Below, one piece after another: positions 23,479 through 34,139 of a stretch of 46,001 bases of DNA. Below the pieces are notes generated by a model. It searched no databases. It saw nothing but the letters and a program-made list of their open reading frames with translations, and was not told where the DNA came from. A program made the position numbers and the translations under genes. Position 1 is the stretch's first letter, and each line of letters begins with the position of its first letter. Source of the DNA: Reclinomonas americana ATCC 50394 (Eukaryota); NCBI GenBank assembly GCA_048213135.1, contig PS015220.1, positions 1,837 through 47,837 of the forward strand. Reading direction: 5' to 3'.

Positions 23479-26400
23479 TCATTCGTTGGCCCAACACATC
23501 AGCCTTCCGTCGACACTGCAGGTGACCAACTGCGGAAACAGCGGATTGAAGTCTACGTCGGTGACGGCCTCGGTGTGTCCCTGATACTTGTGNNNNNNNN
23601 NNNNNNNNNNNNNNNNNNNNNNNNNNNNNNNNNNNNNNNNNNNNNNNNNNNNNNNNNNNNNNNNNNNNNNNNNNNNNNNNNNNNNNNNNNNNNNNNNNNN
23701 NNNNNNNNNNNNNNNNNNNNNNNNNNNNNNNNNNNNNNNNNNNNNNNNNNNNNNNNNNNNNNNNNNNNNNNNNNNNNNNNNNNNNNNNNNNNNNNNNNNN
23801 NNNNNNNNNNNNNNNNNNNNNNNNNNNNNNNNNNNNNNNNNNNNNNNNNNNNNNNNNNNNNNNNNNNNNNNNNNNNNNNNNNNNNNNNNNNNNNNNNNNN
23901 NNNNNNNNNNNNNNNNNNNNNNNNNNNNNNNNNNNNNNNNNNNNNNNNNNNNNNNNNNNNNNNNTACCACCGACGCCGAGCTCAGGTCGTACAAGTAGGC
24001 ACACTTGTTCTCCGAACCGCACGCAATGTAGCGCTGGCACGGCGAGAATCGCGCCCCGATAGACAATGCGCGATGCACATGCGAGGTGTACCGGCAGACG
24101 GAGCGCTCTGCTCGCAAGTCCCACAGCTTGATGGTGCCGTCGGGAGCCGTCGAAAGGAACAGATTCATCGCGGAGTCGTCGCTGACGGCCGCAAAACGAG
24201 AGCCCTCATTCAAGCGCAAGCACGATGCAGGCTTGCCGTGAGTCGCATCAATGCACCTACATCACGCCTGATGAGTACACACAGAAGCGCCGGCGCCAGC
24301 AACAATTCACACTCACCGCGAGTACGCTGCGGTGGCCACGTCGTACACATAAATTTTCTTGTCTGAGCCAGCCACGAACCACAAATCTGGTAACAACGGT
24401 GTTGTCAGAGTGTGCAACGGAGAGACGGTGCGAGGGACTGCGTGTCGGCGAAACTGGAGAGGAGTGCATTGGCGCACGCAAAGGCTGCGACATTCTGACA
24501 CGGCAACACCAGCTCGTGTGCCAACTTGCACTTGTTATTCAAGAGCCTGTGAGGTGGTGGTGATTCAGTCAAAAGTACAGCAACTCGACCACAGCAGCAG
24601 CAACAATCTGCACCTCTTGGCGTCGTCCTGCGGTGTTGACTCGATGGCATACTTGTACAACAACACACTGGGACCCGCGGCCAGCACTACAAACTTGTCG
24701 CGGTAGTAGAATGCAGCGTCCCGCACTTCGTGTCGAAACTCTTCGTTCCACAGAGTGGGCTGTCGGCAGTGAAAGCGTGAGCACGCAATTCATAGCCCTC
24801 TCCGTGTAACACCACCACCGTACCTTGGACTGTGAGGGCACATTGCCGCCCACTGTATCGATGCAAAGCATCGGATCGCTTCGGCGAGACAAGTCCCAAA
24901 TGCGCGCCGACTTGTCCATGCTGCTGGTGACCACGTACGTGCGGTCGTGACTGAAGCCCGCATTCGTGACCGGGCTGTTGTGGCCTGAGAAAAGATAGTG
25001 AGCAGAACACCTCGAAACGAGCACGCCTGTCCACACACCTGCGCACGAAGCCCCTTCGCCGCGGTACCTGGAGAGCGGCATCTTGAGCAATCGCGCCGTC
25101 CCATCACTCGACGCAGTCACCAATCTTGAACCATCATCTGCCACAACCCAGAGGAGACGTCGGTCACGCGAAATGCACTCGCAAATCCAACGTCAACGCA
25201 ACTGGAAAAGTTGACCCGACAAATGGCGCCGTTATGCGGTAGTTCGTCATCAGCGAGATCACTCTCCTCTTGCAACATGGTGGGTGGCAGCGATTGCATC
25301 GGATACTGACGAAGTGTGCTGTAGCATTATCACAAGTTTGACAAGGGTGAGTCGCCTTGCAAAGCAACAAACACGCACGAGAAACGTGCATACCGCGGAG
25401 GCAGCTCGCCGGCAGAAGTCGCAGCCGCCGATTTCCTCGCCGCTGCGCGCGCCTTTTTCGCACTGCTCAACCACTTGGCGGCTTCTGGCGCGGAGCCATA
25501 TCCTGAGCTTTTCACCTTGCTATGGAACATGACCGGCATGTCCTTGACTACGGTGTTCTTCTTGCCGCTGCTGGCGGCCGCGCTGCCCTTGATGCTGCCA
25601 CGCCGACTGGCACCCGAGCGAGTCGACGAGGGGCGTGAACTGGACGCCGACGATGCAACAGACGAAGCCGTTGGCGGAGGCACTCGCGGCACAAGGTCTC
25701 GCTGCAACGATTCCGGCAGCGGAGCAGTGGCGAGCAGCGACAAGTGCGCATACTGCGCATCCTCGCCAGCAGACGACACGGCCGAGCGCCCACTTGCCTG
25801 GCGCACTGAGGGCGATGTCGAGCGTGACCGTCGGCCGCTGGCTCCCGACGACGACCCGCCATCCTCACCACCTCTAGCTTCTGAATACACGCTCTGCAGC
25901 ATAATACACGTGCACGTCATGTCAGTGAGCTTTCAACAGGCAGTCGTCGGTATGGTTTTCTCACTGGTACTGACCATCTGAATGCGCTTCACGTACACGG
26001 CCGACTTGGGGCGATGAGATCGCGGTGGTCTGCCTGCGCCGTGCGGACGCTTCTCGCCTGCAGGACCAGCTTCGGTCACAGCACGTGCCTCTTGTGCCCT
26101 CCGACCCGCGTCATCGTCGCTGTCTTCGTCATCTTCGTACTCGTCATCGTCGTCCCCGTCCTCGCCGTATCCCTCCCGATAACCATCTCCATCCTCAGCA
26201 TCGTCGTAGTCGCTACCGTCGTCCTGCTCAGCTCGCTCGGCATCACCACCGCCGTCGTCGTCGTAATCAACATGCGTTGCAGCAGTGACAGCTGTTACTG
26301 GCGCAGGAGCAGGGAGTAGTGGTTCGCGCCGAATCGGCGGCCAGAGGGGCACAGTCGAGACTGCCAGCAGCGGGTGGAAGGCAGAACATGTTGCCACGGT

Positions 26401-28095
26401 CATGCGATTCTGCTCAAACGATGCACACACGCACTGCGTTGGTCGAAGGCTCCCCCTCTCTCTCACGGTCGAGCACTCACAACAACGCAACAGTGGCCGG
26501 ATCGAAGGCCAGAGCAGCTGAAGAAATGTGGTCCAACTCCTCGATCTCCGACGTCGACTGCGGGGTGGTTGGTTCGCCACCTGCACGTGACACACGCAGT
26601 AACGTACCCATATACAGCCGCCAGTGACAAGCGTACCCAGTGAAGCGCAACTGGCAGTGTAGTACACGGCATTCTCCACCATCTCAATCTCGTAGCTTCG
26701 GGTGTTGATCACCAAGACGCTTTGCGGGCACACAGCAACGAGCTTCGAAGCCGATCGACTGTGTTGAACAATTCAGTGCGCGACTTCGACGACGGGAAGA
26801 GCAAGCGATTCGCGCACGCACCGACCGCCGGGTATGAGATGCTCATCGATGCGGTGGGCATACTGCAACGACAAGATGGGAAACGAGAAGTCGGCCAGAC
26901 GGACACCGACCACGGGGTCCCCTGCACGCGCACAATCGAACAACCTCAGTCCGCAAGAAAGCGCAGCGCCACAGAATGACAAGTAAGACGCCCACCAATG
27001 TTGTGAATATTTGACGTGGACCCAGTGCCGCTGCCATTGCCACCACCACCACCACCACCACCACCGTCGGTGCGACGATCGGCTGACGCCTGTTGCTTCC
27101 AAGCCGGAGTACTGGATACCACCACATACTCACCTGCAACAATACAGGTTGAGTGCGTGCTTGGTGCACGTGTGCGTGTGACTGGCTCAACTTTCGCGCG
27201 CCGCAGCAGCTCGTTTCGCAGCATCGCGCTTATCTCGCCGACTGAATTCATACGCTGTCTCCAACGCGTACAGCTCCACGCTGCCACCCGGCACCATTTC
27301 GTAGAATCGGATCTTGCCGTCCTCCGCACCAACCGCGAAACGAGCGAGATCAGGCGCCGCAGCAATCGAAATCAGTGGCGATGCTGCCGCGCTCGCTGTT
27401 AGGCTCCACGCCAAGCACAGGAAAGGAGGGAGCTGGCACAAGAGACGCAACACGACAGGATGCCAGACTGGTACAGCAGCACGCGGGAGCTCCAGTCAAA
27501 CACCTAGCACGGCGTGAGCACGCACGGACTGCAAGAAAATAGCAACAGTCGAGCTCCACACACCTTGAACGTGCGATCTTCCGACACCGTGACAATATGG
27601 TACGCATCGCCTACGGTGCACACGCACGCTGCGTTGACCCGCCCCGAGTGACCCTCGAGTTGTCCAACCGCTTCCCGCCGCTGCGAACATCGACCATCGG
27701 TGAGCCCCCCNNNNNNNNNNNNNNNNNNNNNNNNNNNNNNNNNNNNNNNNNNNNNNNNNNNNNNNNNNNNNNNNNNNNNNNNNNNNNNNNNNNNNNNNNN
27801 CGTTTGTGTGTGTGTTTGTGTGTGCGCGTCTGGTGTTGTGTTGCACTGGCCACGGCGGAGGTGTAGAGAAGCGCAGAGTTGCGTGCCGTCCATGCCCACG
27901 ACTTATGTTTCTTGTCGTTGGGCGGTCGGCATGCCTCTGCGGCCTCGCAGCCGCCAGTGCACACCACCATGACCATCACACCACTACCACTACTTGTACG
28001 CCGCCGGCTTTCGCCTGACTGAGGGGGATCACGGACTTGCACCCGCAGTGCAGGTGGTCAGCGCCCTGCTGTGCCACTCTGACAGTCTCGATCAT
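23479..28095 (-). CDS. WDR27: WD repeat-containing protein 27
   Basis: 'DMPVMFHSKVKSSGYGSAP', 'VRDAAFYYRDKFVVLAAG', 'NLFLSTAPDGTIKLWDLR...FSPCQRYIACGSEN', 'GHTEAVTDVDFNPLFPQLVTCSVDG', and N-terminal 'LEGHSGRV...VTVSEDRTFK'. Start codon uncertain. Confidence 0.85.
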
Positions 28096-28262
28096 ATCAA
28101 GTACACGATACAGAAAGTAAAAAAACACAAAGTGGAAAGAAACCAAGACCTTCCATCTCTTTGCAGAAAGGTGCAGTTGTCTTCTAGATGAAGGGCAACG
28201 AACAACGTCGTCGTGTCCTTTTCACCGACCTGTCCCCCATTCACGATCCCATTCACGACGAA

Positions 28263-28671
28263 ATGGCCACTGCTGCCAGCGACACCACACCGCCGGAGGA
28301 GGCGCGTGACACTCCGCTGACGGCCGAGATGCGCCCAGAGCCACGATCACGTCTCGATTCACTGCCGTGTGAGCGTGCATCCGCGTGGTCGGCCGGCATC
28401 TGGGCAGTGGGCGGCAGTCTCCTCGGCCTCACGGTGGCCACGGCACGATACGGTGTGTGTGTGTGTGTGTGTGCTTATGTGTCACAGCGTACGAGCTCAT
28501 CTGCTCATCTCTCTCACAGGTGATCGGTGGACTGGTCGGCGAGTCCGCGTGCATGCACTGGTCGGAGCGGTGCTGGGCGGAGCTGCAGGCTACCTCAGAG
28601 TGCAGCTGTTTGAGCCCGTGTGTTCGCGGGAGAACCGCGAGCGTCTAGAGGGCAAGGAGTACAGCAGATGA
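28263..28671 (+). CDS. Small two-TM protein, possibly COX20-like
   Basis: Two exons: LDSLPCERAS, TM, TM, then EPVCSRENRERL. The 'PCxRxS' motif before TM1 and the Cys/basic stretch after TM2 recall COX20. Confidence 0.4.
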
Positions 28672-28694
28672 CATTGTAGCACTCTTTCTTTTTT

Positions 28695-31096
28695 TTATGC
28701 GTCAACAGAGATGTCGTCTGGCAAGCCCATGCGCACCGACTGGCCCTTCACGTTGGTGAACTTGGCGCCGTAGGACATGCCAATGACGGTCTTGAAGCGC
28801 AGCAGCTGCGCCTGCGTGAGGTAGCGTGCGTTGAGATCTTGCAGACCGCCAGTGAGCGCCAGCATTGTCGTCATCTTGGCGTCCCAGGTGACCAGCGGGC
28901 ACACCACTTGCGGCGCAGTGAGCCGCACCGACTCGGCCGAGCCGTACTTGGTCTGCGTCTGCGGGTGGCTCTGCAGGGTGGCCAGGTGCCACGCCAGACC
29001 CGTGGCCTCGTCCGCGAGAATGGTGGGGAAGGTGGCGTACTGCGAGCACGAGTTTTGGATGAGAGGGGAGACAAGAGACGCTCGTTGTCGACAAGCGCAA
29101 CTGGAGTGACAATCACTTCGGAGGTGCACGACTCAAAGGCGAGGGGCGCCACACCGGAGTCACTGGCGTAGTACATGTTGGGATCGGCGCCCACGTTGAC
29201 CGAGGCATGCATGCCCGGCGTCTTGTTCATCACCGAATTCCACGTGCGCGCCTTTTCCGCGTTGGTGAAAACATCGCGCACCAGCTGGATCGACATGTAC
29301 GGCAACTCCATCAACTTCCACTGCTCGTGGCTGTGGTATCGCGGTGAGATGGGAAGGAGAGGGGGGAGGAGGAGGCAGGGGGTGAGTCGATTGATGTGAT
29401 ACCTGGAGAACCACCAGCCACGGGGCAGGGAGACAACGCCGGCTGGCGTCGTAAAGTCCACTTGCTGCAACTTGTACAGCTTGGTGGACCACAGCAGACT
29501 GCGGTCGGTCTCGTTGAAGTCGCCAAAGAGATCGAGGAACACCGTGTACAAGTCGCCTGCGAGAGAGAGAAGAGAGACAGAAGTGAGGGGAAAACGCCAT
29601 GCACTATTCTCCTCTCTCTCCCATCACGCCACACTCACTGATGGGAACAGCGCTGCAGGCATCATAGACAGCGAGTACGAGTGTGTGCAAGGAGGGAAAT
29701 CTACTCTCACTCTCCTCAAGCAATCATGTCCTCCTCCTCCCAAGAAAATTTTGCTGACTGTGAGAGTGCTTCACGCACCATGGGCGGGAATACATGTATG
29801 TACAAGAGAGAAAGAAGCGAAGCACCGCACAGAAAAACTGAAACACTGACGGTAATCCACTCTTACTCCCCCCTCTTTCAACTTCCTCCTTCTCCCCCAC
29901 GCCGGTTTCGCTGACTGAGAGGGCGCTTCACGCATCCAGAAAACGAGATACGAGGAAACGGAGCACAGTGTGCAGGCAAATCTCACTCTTCCCCAACAAT
30001 CCCCCCCAATCCTCCTCAGCCCATCCTTCCCCCATATCCACGCACCCTCGTAGAAATCATCCAACCACGAGCCCGGTGACTCAGCGTAATAGTTGGCGGC
30101 CGTCGGCTGCGCCTTCATGTCGCGAATCTTGGTGACGGTGCGCACATTGCCGTTGCCCTCGTAGAAAATGGGACGGGCGTTGCGGATGAGCTGCTGGAAC
30201 TTGGCCTCGTAGCGTGCGGCCAGCGCATGCTGTCGCAAGTCCCCCAGCACATTGTAGGCGGCGAAAATGGCCCACAGCCACTCGCCATTGTCCAGCGCCG
30301 GCACACGGTTCTCCCACCCGTCTTGCGGAAGCACCTGTCCATTCACCGACTTGTACCACGGCAGGTAGCCACCGTAGCCCGGCAACGAGGTGTCAAACTG
30401 CTCGTACGAGTCCATCTTGTGCGAGAGAATGTTGAGCGCCAGCTCCGTCACGTTGCACTGGTGACCGCACGAGCTGGAGAGCAGCAGCTGCGCACGCGCA
30501 TTGCCCGACAATGACAGCGCCAACAGGCCCACATGCACCGTCTCCTTGGACGCGGCGCTCCAGTTGTGCGGACCGCCCACCAGTTCCCTGCGCATCGGAG
30601 ACAAAAAACCACATGAGTGTCGTGGGCAGTCGTGAGAAGGACCGATCACGCATGTACCCGGTGTTCAACTGCGAGCACAGCAAGTGAGCGAGCGACACTT
30701 GACAAGACGGACCGCAAGCAGCACGCAACATCAACTTCGTGCCCGTCGTACGACAAGTACGTCTGCGCATCAAAGGCGACCCCCGCCTGCAAGAAGCGGC
30801 CCTCCCACTCCAGCACACACGCAATGTACCGGTCGCGTGCGCCATTGGTGTTGCTGGCCACGTCACTCGTCTTGAAGTTGCCGGCAAAGTCGTAGGTCGG
30901 GCAGTCCACGCCTATTGCGCGTGATGAGACAGTGATACACACATGCAAGAGAGAGAGAAAGGGAGAGGGAAAGCGTACCCAGGAAATCCAGTGACAGCGC
31001 GTCTTCCGTGATCTGACCGCGCAGCTGATGCGCACTGGTGAGTGAGGCACACAGTGCGAGGAGCAGCAGCAGTGCAGTCACAGCGGGATGTCGCAT
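28695..31096 (-). CDS. Secreted endo-beta-1,2-glucanase, GH162 family (TfSGL-like)
   Basis: Signal peptide; WEGRFLQAGV, SYDG, HNWSAASKE, PGYGGYLPW, RVPALDNGEWLWA, LDDFYEG, GWWFS|SHEQWK, YGSAES, TWDAKMTT. Confidence 0.85.
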
Positions 31097-31402
31097 GATT
31101 GAATTCCACCCACTCACATGAGTGGACGGAATCGGAGTATTTCCAGCTCGTTGTGTTGTTTGGTGAGCACGTGTTGGGTCGATTGTCGAGTGAGAAGAGG
31201 GGAGTGGGGAGAAGAGTGAGCGGGGAGTTGATGCACTTGCTCCTCCTCCTGATCGACTTGTCTGCAATCGCGTCTTTGCGCTTTCTCTCTGTTTCTCTGT
31301 GTGTTGCACATGGCCATGGCGGCTCTCTGTGAGCTCCGAGAACTGACCTGATGCTGCTGCTCTGTGCAGTTATCCCTCATCATCATCATCCTCACGGAAT
31401 CC

Positions 31403-32967
31403 ATGGCCTCATCGTCGTCCTCCAGCAACAAGCTCACCGTGATCGGTGAGTGCGTCTCTGTGTCGTTCGCGGACATGTGATCACGACGATCACACGCACG
31501 CAACACCCTTCACTTACTCTGCTGCATCTCTTGTCTGGCTGCACGCGAGAGCATCACTCTCGTCTCTCTTTCACATGCACTGCACCTTCTCCTCCTTGTC
31601 CTCGTCGGTTGAGAACTCAATCCGGCATGCATGCATGCATACACAGGCATCGGTCGTATCGGTTTGTGCTTCTCCCTGTCGTGCGAGCGTGCCGGCTACG
31701 ATGTGCTCGGTGTCGACCTGTCGCCCGTGTACTGCGAGGCACTGAACAACCGCACGTATGTGTCGGACGAGCCGGGCGTCACCGAGTTGCTGCAGTCGTG
31801 CACCAATTTCCGCGCCACCACATCGCTTGCCGAGGTGTGTTCTTGTCGACTCCTGCGAGGATTGGAGTGCAGAACAACTGACTTCTTCATGCTATCTTGT
31901 GATTGGCAGGGACTGGAGTTCGCCGACACGGTGTTTGTGCTGGTGGACACGCCAACGGCTGGTGGCGAGCGTCAGTACGATCACTCGAAGGTGTCGCGTG
32001 TGCTGAGCCAGGTCAATCGTCGCAAGCCCGCCGACAAGCACATTGTGATCTCGTGCACGGTGATGCCGGGCTACATTCGCAACGTGGCGCGCTTCTTGCT
32101 GCGCGACTGCCCCAACGTCACAGTCAACTACAACCCGGCGTTCGTCGCACAGGGCGACATTCTGAAGGGCTACCAAACCGGCGGCTACTTTTCCATGGTG
32201 CTCGTGGGTGCCGACAACGACGCCAGCGCTGCACGGCTAACAGAGATCTACACGGCGCTGGCGCGTGGCTCGACCTCACCGCCCGCCATTTGCCGCATGA
32301 CGCCGGAATCGGCCGAGATCACCAAGCTGGCCTCCAACTGCTTCCGCACCATCAAGATCTCATTTGCGTTGCGTCTCGTCACTTGCATTTTCTGGCTGCC
32401 TCTCTCTCTCTCTCCTTCATGCTTACGTGCGCCGTTGCGTCGACAGAAACATGATTGGCGACATTGCCGATCGGACTCCTGGCGCCGACAAGGACGAAAT
32501 CTCACGTGCTCTCGGCTGCGACGACTCGATCGGACCCAAGTGCATCCGACCCGGCTACGCGTACGGTGGACCGTGCTACCCACGAGACAATGTGGCGCTG
32601 GGTGTGTATGCATCGTCGATTGGTGTGAAGCCGCTGCTGCCGGAGGCCTCGGATCAGTACAATGACTTCCACTCGGATCTCATGTTCCACGACTTGCTGG
32701 CGGAGGATCGCGAGGAAGTTGCGCGCTGCGGTTTATGGTGGTGGTGTTGCCGGTCACTCACCGTACTTGTGCGCGCAGTACCGATTCGAGGACGTGACAT
32801 ACAAGCCGAACTGTGCCGTGCCGATGATTGACAACTCGCCCAAGCTGCGCATTGCCAAGAAGCTGGCCAAGGCTGGCAAGAGGGTGGTGGTGTGCGACCA
32901 TGCAGCGGTGCTCGATGCCGTCATGCAAGAGTTTGGAGACATGTTTGTTTACGAGGAGCGCAAGTAG
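31403..32967 (+). CDS. UDP-glucose/GDP-mannose dehydrogenase family protein
   Basis: LTVIG|IGRIGL Rossmann motif, EPGV, VDTP, SCTVMPG, NPAF, SAEITKL..N, PGYAYGGPCYPRD, YKP...NSP. Confidence 0.88.
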
Positions 32968-33076
32968 GCTTGTGGGAGAGTTGTTTTGTTGAGTGTGTGT
33001 GTGGCTGTTTGTTAGTTTAGATGATGGGTGGTCGTGGTGGTGGATATTCTGCGTTTTAAACGATGATGATGATGGG

Positions 33077-33964
33077 CTACAACACGTACACTGTGATCTC
33101 CACGTCCGTGTCGCCAAACACCTCGTTCAGCATCTCCTCCACGCGACCCCACTCGAGGCGATCCAGACCACTGCCGAGAAGGTCGCACGGATGAGTGCAA
33201 AGCGAGCGAGAGACGGAGGGAGAGGGGAGAGGAGAGTACCAGCCGATGCGCGGCATGGAGATGCGTTTCACGGCCAGCGTCGTGCACAGCCGTCGCATGC
33301 CCTCCAGTGCCTGGCGCAGCGTGGCGTACGTTGGCTTGTGGAAGTACTGTGCGTGCAGGAGCGCGTCAATCGGACTGCCAACGCGGACGCCAACCGGGAA
33401 CACATGCCTTATCCTTGGTCACGAGGTAGAAGATGGCTCGATTCTCTTCCTCGCGATCCAGAAACACCACCGAGCCGATCGCTGAATGTAGTGCAGGAGA
33501 GTGAGAGAGGCGACCGCAACAAGAGAGATAGAGAGAGGGGTTGACGCACAGGGGTCTTGCGCCTTGAGCTCATCGACGCCGCCAAAGCGTCGCTTGAACT
33601 CGGTCGCAATGCCCTTGCCCATATGCATGTCAACAGAGACGCAGTGTGCGAGCGAGTCCTTGGAGGTGAACAAGTCACCTGACGATGTGCATTGATGTCA
33701 GCATCGGAGGATGCAGCACTGCACGTGTGTGTGCGGATGCTCCTCACCATGCACTTCCCTGACGACTTGTCGACGCGAGGGTGCGGCAGCTGATCTGCAT
33801 TTGTGGAGTGAGCGATGCGCAACGGGAGTGCATGTGGGAGAGAGAGAGAGAGGCAACGTAACGACACGGGTGTGGTGGACGAAGAAGCCGCTGTGGTGGT
33901 AGAGGGCGATGAGTGCACATGTGATTGATGCTGTGTGTGTGTGGTGACGCGCGTCACCTGACAT
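33077..33964 (-). CDS. OARD1: Macrodomain ADP-ribose glycohydrolase OARD1/TARG1
   Basis: [66 protein letters not shown]. Confidence 0.9.
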
Positions 33965-34139
33965 GTTGTTATGTGAAGAGGGAAGAGAATGGGACTCGAG
34001 TTGTCCGCTCAATTTTCCGACCCAACGCCTTCATGCTCGCTGCATTACGTGTTCAAGTGTTCACTGTAGCATTCTAAATGTCTGTCGGTGGTTGTGTATG
34101 CAAAATCCAAGCCGCCGGTCCTTCCGGCTCTGGGCGTGT

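Noticed and set aside
29559-30044. TPP riboswitch in the large GH162 intron
   Set aside because: CTGAGA appears only on the antisense strand, the other conserved TPP elements are absent, and the host gene is unrelated to thiamine.
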